DNA of 50,824 nt, filler included, from Dimargaris cristalligena (GCA_003614675.1; 2 parts of 2 records of this genome joined end to end with filler, not necessarily neighbours in it), one strand, 5' to 3'. Shown: positions 10,312-22,889, counted from the first letter of the whole stretch. Program-made: numbers and translations. Notes: a model not told the origin generated them from the sequence alone.

Positions 10312-11759
10312 TTATTTACAGAATTTATCGGATTTAAGTTTCTCCCGCCGATCGAGTAGAGCCTCGGCCATGCGGCCCTCCCGTCGCGCCCGTTTCAGTT
10401 GGCGGTCGCCGTCGCCGTTCTGGCTTCGGTAGAGATGCCCGCTGGTCCAGCTCTGGTATTTTTTACTATAGGATGGGAAAGTAAAGGGATCGAAGCCGAG
10501 TCGAAAATAGTAGTACAAGGGGTAAGTAAAAATTTGGCACCAGCTATCAGGTAGAGAAATATTCGTCAGTCGGACAAGGCTATTCCCACTGCGCAATCCA
10601 TATTAATTAAATACACTTAGCCAGTATAGATTGGTAATCCCCATTCATTCCATCACAACACACTTACACTTCATCCAATTCGAATTCCTGATAATCCCCG
10701 ATGGAGGTGTTCAGTGCCGGGTCAGTACCCGTCCGTTTCTGTTTAAGCTGGGCCTGGCATTTGAACGTAAAGACCTGACAAAACCCAATTTGGTCCGCGC
10801 GACAGTGGGTGGTTATAGGCTGGGGAAGGCTTTCATTGCGGGAATCGAACGCTAGAGTCAGAAAGCGGCCGTCGGCATTCTGTAGGCTAATACCGTCGGG
10901 GCGTACGATGGGTGTCCACAGTTCACAGGGGCCGATCGCCACCTGGTCGACGGCGACATCCCCAGCGGCATCGCACGACAGGTACTTGCCGTCATTGGAT
11001 TTGAAGGTGTACTGGCGCTCACTACTACTACTACTACTACCAATACTACCGACGGTAGCTGCCTCCCCCTCCGGTGGCTGACCGACGGGTCGGCGGCCGG
11101 CAGAGCCGGTGTTGCGCACCCGCCGGACCATAAACACTTGGCTCACGTCGGATGGTTCGGCGTTATGGAGAGTGACCTTTTCGGACTGCGGTTCCTTTGG
11201 CGATTCAGTCGAGTCGGTAGTTTCGGCCTCTGCAATGCCTGGTGATGGAGCAGGTTCAGCGATGACACCCCGTAGGCAACGTGTATCTCGGTGAACAGCT
11301 AAGAAGCGTACCGGATCGCTGTTGAACAGGATGGTGATGGGACCATCGAGATCATCTAATTCCTCGACAGGCACCCAGCCCTCAGTTGTGGTTGGATTGG
11401 CGTCGATCTCGGATTCATCTGGACGCTTGGTGCGATGCGACTTGCTGGATGATTTTTCTTTTTTGGGTTTCCTAATCAATAGTGAATAAGATGCAAAAGA
11501 AAAAAAGGTGGATAAGTCAATGATCGGTGCGTGTGGATGGATCATACCTGTTGTAGTTAAATTCCAATACAGTCAATATAAACGAGTGGTAGTAAGGGTA
11601 ATGGCTATTGATAATAATCGAGTAATCCTGCATCATTAGAGCCATCCGATAGACAATAGCTTCGCGTTTACGCTTTAACGGCAACCGCACTTACTTTTTC
11701 TTCGGCTTATCGCCTTTAAACGAGAGTTTATTGACGCGTATATTGCTGTACTCGGACAT
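10312..11759 (-). CDS. FRG1: FRG1-like protein (fascin-like domain, spliceosome-associated), 3 exons, ~340 aa
   Basis: Exons 11759-11695, 11471-10668, 10465-10312 (GT-AG, phases consistent). MSEYSNIRVNKLSFKGDK N-terminus, FKSNDGKYLSCD..AIGPCELW core, and typical C-terminus KKYQSW..LKRARREGRMAEALLDRREKLKSDKFCK. Confidence 0.92.
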
Positions 11760-12250
11760 GATGGTCACAGTATTGGGAGACGCGGTCGAAAAGAGCTGGC
11801 CGAGGCCCTCGTTGAGGAGCTTATCGTATACAAAGTGGGAATGCAGAGGGTTAATAAACGAGGAATGACGGAAACTGGCGTTTTATTCACCAAGGGCCGG
11901 ATTGTAGTGAGATGTCCAAATGTTCTAATTAACGAAATGCAGGGAATGGTGAAAAGGAAGAAACCATATCGTCTTCCCTCCCCATTTTGAACTGTATAGT
12001 TTGATTTAGGTCTCAAGTCCTCCCATTCATTGTGAATATCCCCCCCCCCATCAGCTCCATTCCATGAAGTCGCGCAATTGAACCTAGTCCACCACCATTC
12101 CCGCCTGCATAGTACTCCTCGAACGTGCTATGGGGTATTACATCTAACGGGACCCAGACCTTTTTCAGACTTCACCAAGCTTGCCTTCGTCCCTTCCTGA
12201 CTCGAATTCCGCTCGCTCCCCGCGGCGTTTAACCCAGCCAGCTGACCAAC

Positions 12251-13483
12251 ATGAGCCAATCCACACCTAATTCATCTTCCCCGCCTGACGTCGAGGGACC
12301 CCTGGCCCCTTCTACCGAATCGCCCCCAATGGCTTCCCCACCACTCCAGACTCCAGCTGCCCAGGGCTCAGAGCCAGGGTCGGCTGACTGGCCCCATCTA
12401 TTTGATAGTGGTATTGCGGAAACTCTGGGACCGACCATCGACGACTTGGAAGGCCGATTGACCGCTCTAATGTAAGAAGGACCTATCTCCCCCCTTCTCA
12501 AATCGTAATAATGCGGAGATGTGTAGCGTAAATCGATAACAAACCACATTACCACCCTGAAGTTAACGCTTTAGCCCGTTCTTTCTGACACCCACCATTA
12601 GTGACCAACAAATACAGCTTCATTTAGCGATTCAGCAAGTATCCCAAAGAGCGGATTTAGAATCCCTAGTTCCGGCCGAATATAGCACGCTTGTAAGTTG
12701 TATCTCCTCATATTCGAGCTCGCGTATAACATTCCACTCGTAGGTGCGGGGTCGTGCAGGATAACCAACGACTGACAAACCCCTGGTCGGTGTTATTCGG
12801 ACTAACTGGAACGTACTGTCTGTGCGAGCACCCATCTACTGATTATTGGTCTCGATTAGGTTAACCAATTACCCGAAAATCTGGGGCGAGTCGATGCCCT
12901 GCGTAAGCGTATACAGTCCGCCAACCGGCAAGCCCGGGATATCAAGCTGCGGGCCGAACAACTGCGGGTTCGGAAGGTGAGGAATGACCAAACCAAAATC
13001 GAGTTCATCAACCAGCAGCGGCTGATGGACCGTGAAATTGCCGCCCAAATGGCCACTCCTGCCGGGAATTCGGATTTATTTTCTAGTCCCGCGACCGCAT
13101 CGACAGCCACTATAGATATTGGATTGGGATCTTCCACAATTGGACCTTCCTCTCCGGTCCCTTCACCGCAGACGGAAATACTTGGATTGGCGTCAGCTTC
13201 TTCGAATGACCAGTTGCTTACTGCGGCAATAACATCCTCCGAGGGTCCGGATGATTCACCCAGGTCGACCCGAAGCTCCCTACAATTACCTACAGAGGAC
13301 ACGGCGGCAGGGGGGCAAACTCAAGAGCTTCAGTCGACTCCGGATGGCATAGTGGAGCCGGATTCGAGTCCCCGACCAGCAGTCCCACCCACTACCGGTC
13401 CGGTCCGGTCCGGTTCTGCGGCCAAGGCTCAGGTGAAGCGAGTGGCCAAAAAATCCACCCGACGACAGGTCACTATTGAATAA
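12251..13483 (+). CDS. Snapin/pallidin-family coiled-coil protein (BLOC-1 subunit, pallidin/BLOC1S6-like), 3 exons, ~311 aa
   Basis: Exons 12251-12471, 12602-12692, 12860-13483 (phases 2 and 0 consistent). Helical core FDSGIAETLGPTIDDLEGRLTALIDQQIQL..RVDALRKRIQSANRQARDIKLRAEQLRVRK..QQRLMDREIAAQ resembles pallidin; S/P-rich disordered ends. Confidence 0.6.
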
Positions 13484-15140
13484 TTATGCCTGCACTGGTC
13501 TTCCGAATAGCCCATGTATACCACGACTTCCATTCTTGTTTCACATGATTATAAACAAATTATATGTCTACACAGCGTATCCATCCATGGGCCATATGGG
13601 AAAGGCTCCCCGAATCTTATGCGAACTAGGGATACTGATAAGTAAGGTGATCTTGGTTCTGTACTTATATCTTTGTTTTATGAGGAACATGCCGCTTTTG
13701 GAATAGACGTGGCTGTCCTTACTAACTGAAGTCTACTTACAACCCACCACTTCGGGTGACCAAAGAGAGGGTGTGAACACTCGAAGGCCTGGTTTAATGC
13801 AACAAGGCATTAAGTTGACGAGGTACCAGAGTAAGGCCGCCTGTGGGATGTACTACCTTGGCCGATCAAGCCATTAAGGCATTGCTATTTATATCCCCGC
13901 CACGCTTGATGAAGGGAGACGAACATCGTGAATTCAAGGATGTTCCGAATCGCCCCTCCTTTGTTCTCCAGGAACGCCGAGTGGAGTGGTGCCGCTTACC
14001 TCTTCTCCCTCATCCTCATAGAGACAGTGCTCTATAATTGGGGCGTGTCGCTCGCTTTCTTCGCCCGGACCAGACAGCTGGCTATCGATTGGTCGTTGGG
14101 CATGATAGATGGGGAGGTGTGCATTTCTGTAGACTAACAGCTAGCTTCGGGGAGGATCGACAGACTATCGCGACTAAACCCAATTGGAACCCCCCCCCTG
14201 GCCAACCATCCCTTATATGGTTAAGATAAGCCAATGATGGGCAGTAAATCGGCGCGAGACATGGCTATAGTGAATGGCGGTGACAGTGGTAGGGGCAGTG
14301 GTTTTTTCATGGCCAAGGGCTAGGTGGGTGGATATCGAAGAGTGATATACCGGTACCTTAAACGTTCGGGTAGTGGTGGCTTTTGTTTTAGTGTCTTGGT
14401 CCTAGTAATGACCAAGACCAAGTATTCGACTAGACAGCCCTCGACTCCGTCGTGCGACTTGAACCATCGAAGGGAAGGCGGCGAACATGAGATGGCATGA
14501 TAAATCAATCAACAAGTCGATCGTATTATAATGTAAAGTGGGGCAGCCATCGGTACTTGGATCGCTTAAAACCGAGAGAGCCCTAGCACCCCAATAGGGC
14601 AACTGCGGGGAATAGACAGGAAAATCCCCCTGCTCTGCTCCATTTAGAGGCAATGGGCCCCAGTGTTCCAATTAACCTGATTGACAAAATGGGTTGCAGA
14701 GTGGCCTATAAAAGCAATTGGAGTTTCCCTCCTACCCCCCCTTCAGTCAATATACCGGATTCCATTATTCTAAACCGCCACTATACCTCATATATTTACC
14801 TTTACTTTCATTATTTTAACGACTCTTTTTTTTATTATTCACCTGTAAAAATCCATTGGGGTCTGTAATCATTAACTAGGGGTATAATTAATTACACGTA
14901 CTGCGTCACTCAGCAACACAAGCCTTTCTTCCCCCCCACCCGGACAATCGGGCTTCTCCTTGGTCTCTATACCAACTTAAGTCTCCCCCCCCCCAGTTGG
15001 CCCACTGCCAGTGAAATCCACTTCCTTCCTCTTGACGGCCTTTTAGGGGATTTATTACACCTACTACCTACTATACTACCTTTCCTCAGCCCCATCCGTC
15101 ACCCTGTCCATCCCCTCCCTATACGCACCCCCAAGCCACC

Positions 15141-15971
15141 ATGGGTCTTCGCAGTTTTCTACCTGCCCTTCTGATAGTGCTGGCCATCCTGTCCGTGATT
15201 GCTATAATACGCACCGTCAGCGAGTCCTCCCTCAACCAAGAGCGGGGCCTACGCGATTTCAGCAACACTGACCTGACCAAGGAGGCCCTGGGCCGGTCCC
15301 AGTACTCCCCCTTCGGTGACCCCAAATTCTCCCTGTTCCACGACCGGGATAACTCCTACGTGATTGCCAAACCGCTGGGCAACGAAACCGTGCGGCACTT
15401 GTTGGGCCAATCTACCTGGCGCCTTATCCATACCACCATGGCTCGATTCCCCCTGATGCCATCCGAAAATGAGAAGCAGGCGCTTAGTCAATTCCTGTTC
15501 CTGCTTTCGCGGCTGTACCCGTGCGGTGACTGGTAGGTCCTTATATAGCTATGTATAGGTTTATGAAAATGAATAGACAAGGGTGTCTTGGATATGAGGA
15601 AGACGAGTAGGGAAGCAAACCCCTATAATTCGCTCGACCTAATTTACCCACTCTATGCTATTAACATTCCATTAAGGTGGCATACGGTACCTTAAGCTAC
15701 CACCACCCCCCTCCGACTATTGTATTTTAACCCCGTCCTTTGCTCTGCTGGGTTCTTACTGCATGTCATCTAATTTCCCCCCTTCGCTTCCACTCCTAGC
15801 GCCGAGCACTTCCAAAAACTACTCCACGAATTTCCGCCGAACCTTAATACCCGCTATGAGGCCGAACTATGGGCGTGTGAGGCTCACAACAAAGTGAACA
15901 AGCGCCTTGAAAAGGAGCTTCTGGACTGCACCACCGTCCATTCGCTTTATGATTGTGGCTGCAAGTCTTAA
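15141..15971 (+). CDS. ERV2: FAD-linked sulfhydryl oxidase Erv2 (ER), 2 exons, ~187 aa
   Basis: Exons 15141-15532 and 15800-15971. N-terminal signal anchor, LGQSTWRLIHT, YPCGDC CxxC split by the intron, WACEAHNKVNKRL, and C-terminal YDCGC shuttle typical of Erv2. Confidence 0.93.
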
Positions 15972-18653
15972 TGAATCCTTTCCGCCCCATGACTGGCCGC
16001 GCTCTAACCATCCCCTTTTGGGGAGTATGGTGGTGCCATTTATTACTAGTACACTACTATTCCGTCTATTGTCATCACCATTCTTCTTCTATATGCTGCT
16101 ACCTTATTTCTACTGGAAATTCCACACCATGCCCATTCGTGTATTTTATTATGTGGCCGATATCGCCCCGCCCTCCCTCATGACTGCCATGCCGTGTTCC
16201 GTCATCCCAATTCGGGCTATTTGACGCGCGGGTTGGGGGCGGGTGGATAAACCATAGTGGCTCCGCCACCCGTGACTCGTCTACCCAGCCCTCTACCCCC
16301 CCCCATTCTTGGCAGTGGTTTCATTTACCTTTAAATTATAAATATTACAGCGCGCACCTGCATGGGGCTTCCCATCGGACACCCACTTTAGCCTTAAACG
16401 GCCAACGGGGACCCGGAGATGATGCCTATCTTCCTAAGGTGTATTTAATATCGCATATGGTTTTGCCGTAGTGGGAGGGCAGGGCTTAGTTAGGGTAGAA
16501 AATTCGGAGTTAAAGTTGGAATGCCCATCTTATTGACCATTGCTGTGTTCATCCCTTAGGCGATAGGGGAAATGTGCCACCGTAGCTTTAGGCAAAGGGC
16601 AAAACGGCCTTGGGAAGGAGATAAGCCCTTCCCCACGTACCTATTTCATCCGTAATCTGGGTGCTTCTCAGTTGCCGCGTATCATTTGTTCGGAGTACAG
16701 AGGAGCGCCGTGCCATTGGCCATGCATGGCAAATGATGCCCAAGGGTGTCTCTCTCACGAACTTTTAGGAACCATGTAAAGGGTGCAGGACCTTCCCTGT
16801 TTGATCGGTCAGACGACATTGGGATGTTATGGGGATGGGAAGGGGCTATATGCTTTCGCTTGGACCCAGTCATTTTTAGCGGCATAGGTAGGTAGGTATG
16901 CTTTGCCTCCCTGGCGGATACGACAGTTTACCTCAATACTGCGGGATAGCCCTAGATGGCTATCGAGGGACTCTAATTATGCGCTCTCCCTCCCCCCCTC
17001 TCTCTCCCTCTCCCTCTCTCTCTCTCCTCCACCCTCTTCAGATTACCAGGTAGAGGGGCCATATGAGAGAGGATTGAAGGGTGAAAGAAAACCAATGGGC
17101 CAGTAGTGGGAAATGAGGAGAAGGATAAGACTACAAAGGGTTGAAGGAGGGGGGATCAGCACTGTATGAGTGACAGTTTGGCAACTGGGTACCAATCACG
17201 ACCCTCGAGTCATTATTGATGCATCCACAGCGGGGAATGAAAGGGGTGTGTGGTGGAAAGAGAAAGAGGGGCTAGGGTCGATTTGGTTGGTATAGTCGCA
17301 AATCCGGTTAAACAGGGTGGTAAAAGGTCGAATAGTTACGCGATTTTTGGGAGCAGTCCTTCGTAAAGAGGGCATTCTCTACGAAGCGTATAAAGCCGTG
17401 GTGATTACTTACCCACCACCATACGAACCCCTAGGCTAATATGGTTTAGCCGCGGCGGTTAAGGGCAGTTTACCCCGGATCAGCGTGGCCTAAGTTTCCC
17501 CTATACCTGATCCGACGGATTTAAATAATATCAGTTTGGATGTCAACGGGAGATACATTGACCAACTTCCTTAGCGTTGCCAGGGCGACTTCGCCGCTCT
17601 TTCTTTACCTAGCCGGTGGGTGGGGCGATATTAGCATATACTAACCTACTATTCATTCCACAGAGCCGTCTCGAGGGATATTATATGAGTGGTGGGTCAA
17701 CAGTACTTACTACGTATTTCGGCCTCACCGAATTGGTCCGATACCGTTCCGCTCCATGCATACACTGTCGTTACACAGACGAATAGCTGCGAGTCCGTTG
17801 CCCGTGCCCCACTGAATGTCGGTTGCGCAGAGAAAGGGGGTGATATCCCTCCCACCTATACCTCACCAGCCTATGGGGGGTATATTACATCTCGGGACGG
17901 GAGTGCCCCATTGATAGGGAAAGAGAGGCTATATGCAGTTGAGTTGTTAAGCATGCGGACGCATTGATTATTCTAGCCGGCTGTATGCGGAGCCATGAGG
18001 TAGAAGAAGGGTTACCAATAATAATAGGACTTGCTTGCCCTTTTTAAAATTAGAGGCGACCCAGTAGCTCCTCTTCCTTCCCTTTCTTTCCGCTAGTGCC
18101 ATTTTTTATTTGTCGCCCTCGTTCTTTCTCTCCCTGTTTGACACTGCGCTTGAACCAAGAGCCTGTCACTTTGTTGCCCGCTCGCCACTTGTGTGGCCTT
18201 CCACTGCGCGCTTAAAGCCTCTTCTTGCTTACCCTAGCCTATTCTTCCGTCAGACCTGGTCGTAGCTCAGTCTGGGCTTTGCTCCCCCTCCACTGCCTAC
18301 GTCCGTTACCCTCCCCCCGTCGAGCCGCGCGCCCCTTCCACGCCCGCCTGCACACCGCCAGCCAGGCTCGCCAACTCATATATACTGCTGTCTGTTCCTA
18401 CAGGTCAGCACTCTTCTATTGCATTGCCCGTTCTGCTTCATAAGCGAGTCCCTTCTGTCGTTCTACTGGGTTCCGAATTACTTACCTCCTTCTCCAGCCT
18501 GTTTTACTTACTCCCCTCCGCCCGGTCTGTCTCCGAGCCTTCTCCCTCCAGCTCTTCTTAGAGTTCGTCTTCACTGAATACACCCCCACTTGTCCTATTA
18601 TTTACCGTCACTTTGTCGGGTTGAAGGCTTCTCTGAAGTTTCGCGATCGCCTG

Positions 18654-18660
<7 letters not shown>

Positions 18661-18692
<32 letters not shown>
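18661..18692 (+). repeat. (CT)16 microsatellite
   Basis: Perfect CT dinucleotide run. Confidence 0.95.
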
Positions 18693-18695
<3 letters not shown>

Positions 18696-20087
18696 CCCTA
18701 TTCCATAACCCCTACCCACCCTGTCCATACCACGCGATTTGCTACCACTATATCAGTCCGGTGAACGACCACCACTTCTATCCCACTATCTCTCTCTCTT
18801 TCTTATTCCCACTTCCGCAACCCCTCAGCGCACCTGGCGTGCCTTGTCCCACACTCCAACCAACCCTTTCGTGTAGTCCCGCTGACCCGCAGCGTCTTTT
18901 ATGCACTCCCCGTTCTAGGCCCCGCTCGACGCTCCCACTGACCAGAACACACCTCTTCTCCAGGCCCAGCCTGTATTTTTCTTCCCTCACCCTAACTTTC
19001 CCTGTTTGGTGTCTGGTCCTCCAACTCACAGCTCTTGGCCAACCACCACCAACCTAACTGCCCTACCTCCTTCTCTCAAGTTCCAGTCAGTTCACTCTCT
19101 TGGTAAACTGCAATCGCCACGAGTGTGGTTGGTGTGCTATACTAAATGTCTCACTAATACTGATTTGCTGACACTCCATATTTGACTGCTGCAAGACCCC
19201 TCCGGTCCTCCTTTCTTTACTCTCGTTTGTCTTGGGCCGTCCAGTTCACCGACTCCATACTTTCGAAAGTCTCATTTCTCGGTTGATTGGAGATCCTAGA
19301 TCGTCTCCTACAAACCGCCCACCGACCCTTCACCGCTCTGCTCCATTGGCTGCAATTGCCTGCTCCCGTTTACCTTAGCCGCCCAGTTTCCTCCACCTCC
19401 TGCTTCTGCCTTCCTGAACATATGGACCGGGTACCTTATCCCAGGTAGCCCTTAAACTTCCTACTTCTATCCCTTTCCTTCCCTACTCCCGCTTCACATT
19501 CTGTATATTCATCTTTCAAATACCCACCTCCTTCCCCACTAGCTGGCTACGTTATACCACCCCCCTCCCTTCGTCCGCATTACTTATCTGGGGCACCCGG
19601 CCTAGTTTGTACAAAGCTCTCCTCTGTCCTTGAACGACTCTCAGCCGTTTTCCTTGTTTATTTATTACCAGGCGCCTTTCACCCTAACCCTATCCACCCA
19701 CACCACCACCACCTGAGCGCTATTGTGCTACTATTCCCCATTGGTCAAAACTTTTTGGGAGTTTACTTTTTCCGCAAGGCCTCTGTTGCCGACCCGCCCC
19801 TGGAATCCCTTATTGGGACCCCCCGCGCCCCCTCTCACCACTAAGGGCTGTGTTCGTTGACCCGCTTTGGTTCACTCTATCTGACTGGGTTTTAGTGTGT
19901 CCACCCCCCATTCCCACCAAGGACTTCTCCTCTATCCGCCGTTCCCTTTCCTTCCTCCGCGTCTTCCCCTACTTTTCCCCCCACTTAGTCCCGTGTGTGT
20001 TATTACCCTGGTCGAAATTCCATTTACTCCTTTCGGCTATATCACCTCTACTCCATCCCCTCTCACGTACCACCACCTCACTCTGCC

Positions 20088-22889
20088 ATGAGTGGATCCT
20101 CTCTCGTCGGCCGGGAAAAAGTTTCGACGGGTCAGGCCATCCGGTCCGTCGTCGACGGGGCCACTGCCTCCGCCGGCCCCCAACGGCATGCCTTTCACAT
20201 GCGTCTCAATGAGAAGGCCTTCAAACTACTGAAACAAATCGCCATGGACCGCCGGCGAGGCGATAGCCCCGCCCCAGTAACCATTGCCTTTGGTACCACA
20301 AATAAGCTGTCCATCGGGGACCACAGTTTCGACATTCAACGGCCCGTGTCGTACTCCAAGAACGAGTTCTATCGCCGGGTCGGGCCCCAGGCGGTCTCCC
20401 CACCCACCGGCCGCCGCACCTCTGCCACCCCCCAACCCCACTTTGAATTGGCCGGCCATGTCTCACACAAAACGCAAGTGTTGGTTCAAATGAACGGTCT
20501 ACTCAAAGAGCGTATCAAGCATAAGACCCAAGAGGCCGAGCGCGAGCGCACCAGTCGGCACAGTATGCTGTTGAACGAACGCGAAGCTAGTCAGGCTACC
20601 CTACTCCAGAGCAAGCGCCCCCCACCGGCCCGGGTAGTTCGGCCTAACGCGGCATCGACCACTGTAGTCACACCGGTCACTTCGATCTCTACCACTTCGC
20701 CTAGTGCCAGTGCCTCCCTATCCGCCCCTATGCCTTTGACACCTACTACCTCTAGTGGCGGGGTGCCATTACGTACCCGACTAGTTCAGTTATTGGCCCT
20801 CCACCCCACTTCAATCGATTCCCTTGTCAACACCGTCAAGGCCAAGCGGGACACGGTCCACCAGGTACTCACCCAAATCGCCCAAGCCCCCGCTAATGGT
20901 ACTGATAAAGATGTCCAATGGACCCTCCGGCCCGAAACGTACCGTGAGGTGCGGATACACGACTGGAGTCGGTATTCCGTCATCGAGCGCAACGCCGTCA
21001 TTCGAAACGCCGAGGCTGCCTTTGATCGACTGAAATTACCGGCCAATGCCCCCGAACGCAGTAATCTGATTCCTCCTGTCAAGGTCAACCCCCACGCACG
21101 TCCCTTCCCCTCGGTAGGATCCGTGGACTCTGAGAGTGGCTTACCCACCTCCCCGCCCAACCCGGTTGTGTTGTCACCTGCGACAACCGCCGCAGCCCGC
21201 CGACGAAAGCCCACAACCGGGCTCCTCGGAGGTCCAGCCGCGAAGCTGCCCAAGACTGGAGCCAAATCCTCCTGGCGCACTAATGGTATTTCCACCGCCG
21301 TATCCACGTTTGGTTCTTCGTCGGGTACGCCCAGTAACAAATACGGAGACCTGAGCAAGCCTATCCTACCCGAAGTCTCAGCCGTGGAGTACCTAAAATC
21401 TAAGCGGAGTCCCCCTACTCCCACCATTACCAATGGGTCTGGTGCGCTGGGTAGCGGTACGGTTCCTACCAAACGGCCTGATTTGCATAACCCCGTGGTT
21501 ACGGCCAACCCTAAGCCACTCCCAACCACCCGGGCACCATCCGACCCCAAACCCTCTCCGCCGTCGATCAGCCAGGTAAGCTCGACTACCCCGGCTAAGC
21601 GGAAGCTTCCATCGTCATCTGCGCAAGAGCCCAATGGTTCCAATCCCGATGATGACGATGTCGGTCGAAAACGGCAGGTACGCAAACGCACTACCTCCGA
21701 TGGACTGGCCTCCCCGCTTAGCCGCGCGCTCAAGTCCCCGTTGGGACCAACCACCCCTGCCACCTCGACGACTGCGAATATCATGCCCCGGACTCGCCCA
21801 CCTACCTCCTCCGCAGGTCTTCGCCCGTCATCTAATTCTACCAGAGCTCCCCTTACTAATGCTGCCACTACTGCGGGGTCCGGCCCTTGGGACTCCAAGG
21901 GTTCGCAGCCACCCCCTCATGTCGCCCCACCGGAGTTGAAGGTATCCCCTCCGGCTGCCCCGGTCTCACTGCCCCCTGCGGAGACCCCCAAGACCCGCCC
22001 TGCTTCCGTTGCCAATACCCGACCCACCGTCTCTGGCGTCAAGCCCAAGCCTGTCCATATTGAAGATGTCCCCAAACGGATTCCCGGCACTAAGGTTACC
22101 AGCTTGTCACCCCCTGAGCATAGTCTACAGCATCCTGAGCCCGAAGCGCGACTTGGTGCGGCGAGCTACCGCCAAACATCCTCTTCAAGCTCGTCTAATT
22201 ATTCGAGAGCCAATTCGTTTGACTCACCACCTAAATCGGTTGGATCCGATCGACCCTCCCTCGATGGCGGCTATACTTCGTCAGACCATTCGGGTATTGA
22301 CACCAGAGCCCGGGTTAACCCCGAGCAAGACCCCTACAAGTTTAGAATTACTAACAAGAGTCAGTTAGAGCTCATGTGTACCAAGTTTATGGAAAGCTAC
22401 CCCAAGTACGAGAAACTGTCCGACTGGGTCATGTCCCACTCGAAGGCGTACCAAATGTTCCGGTCTCGAGTTTCCCAGAAGCTCAGTCGCGCCGAAGAAC
22501 TTGAGATCCAGGCGGAACTTAGGCGCAAGCACATTGAACTCGACATCAGGAAAATCCAGCGCAAAACCAGTATCTATAAGACCATGCACGCTGAAATGGA
22601 AAGTTTGAAGGCCGAGATCTGGCGAGCATGCAAAGAACCCTGGGCCAAGTCGCTTCTTCGCTCTGATATTGGCAAATCCCTCGTCACTATTGCCACCAAA
22701 TCTAAAAGTAAGAACAGTACCGGTCAACGAGTTTCGGCAGAGCGGAGTAATGGGGCCTCGTTTGATTCCCGCCCCGAAATCGATGCTGTATCCCAGGTGG
22801 CACCTAATGGCCACAGCGGACCGGTGTATTCACACTCCAATGGCAGCCGAGGTGGTCGGCGCACCAAAGCCCAAACCATAGCGCATTGA
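20088..22889 (+). CDS. ELL1: RNA polymerase II elongation factor ELL homolog (~933 aa)
   Basis: N-terminal ELL-like region, middle winged-helix motif PLRTRLVQLLALHP..LRPETYREVRIHDWSRYS, long S/P/T low-complexity linker, C-terminal occludin/ELL-like helices ITNKSQLELMCTKFMESYPKYEKL..YKTMHAEMESLKAEI. First ATG at 20088 (gccATG). Confidence 0.8.
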   Translation: MSGSSLVGREKVSTGQAIRSVVDGATASAGPQRHAFHMRLNEKAFKLLKQIAMDRRRGDSPAPVTIAFGTTNKLSIGDHSFDIQRPVSYSKNEFYRRVGPQAVSPPTGRRTSATPQPHFELAGHVSHKTQVLVQMNGLLKERIKHKTQEAERERTSRHSMLLNEREASQATLLQSKRPPPARVVRPNAASTTVVTPVTSISTTSPSASASLSAPMPLTPTTSSGGVPLRTRLVQLLALHPTSIDSLVNTVKAKRDTVHQVLTQIAQAPANGTDKDVQWTLRPETYREVRIHDWSRYSVIERNAVIRNAEAAFDRLKLPANAPERSNLIPPVKVNPHARPFPSVGSVDSESGLPTSPPNPVVLSPATTAAARRRKPTTGLLGGPAAKLPKTGAKSSWRTNGISTAVSTFGSSSGTPSNKYGDLSKPILPEVSAVEYLKSKRSPPTPTITNGSGALGSGTVPTKRPDLHNPVVTANPKPLPTTRAPSDPKPSPPSISQVSSTTPAKRKLPSSSAQEPNGSNPDDDDVGRKRQVRKRTTSDGLASPLSRALKSPLGPTTPATSTTANIMPRTRPPTSSAGLRPSSNSTRAPLTNAATTAGSGPWDSKGSQPPPHVAPPELKVSPPAAPVSLPPAETPKTRPASVANTRPTVSGVKPKPVHIEDVPKRIPGTKVTSLSPPEHSLQHPEPEARLGAASYRQTSSSSSSNYSRANSFDSPPKSVGSDRPSLDGGYTSSDHSGIDTRARVNPEQDPYKFRITNKSQLELMCTKFMESYPKYEKLSDWVMSHSKAYQMFRSRVSQKLSRAEELEIQAELRRKHIELDIRKIQRKTSIYKTMHAEMESLKAEIWRACKEPWAKSLLRSDIGKSLVTIATKSKSKNSTGQRVSAERSNGASFDSRPEIDAVSQVAPNGHSGPVYSHSNGSRGGRRTKAQTIAH

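Noticed and set aside
16640..16700. CTGAGA motif on the minus strand suggesting a TPP riboswitch
   Set aside because: The downstream GAAC(C/T)TGAT..TAAT..GCG motifs are missing and no thiamine gene is adjacent.
17342..17420. Sm-site-like GATTTTTGG followed by a CTTCGTA/TACGAAG hairpin and a U1-like TACTTACC
   Set aside because: The conserved U2 5' domain and the U1 loop I/II motifs are absent, so no snRNA can be supported.
20786..21898. 370-aa antisense ORF within ELL, and similar antisense ORFs in KIN1, DNM1, TAZ1 and URC4
   Set aside because: Shadow ORFs of GC-rich coding sequence with no motifs.
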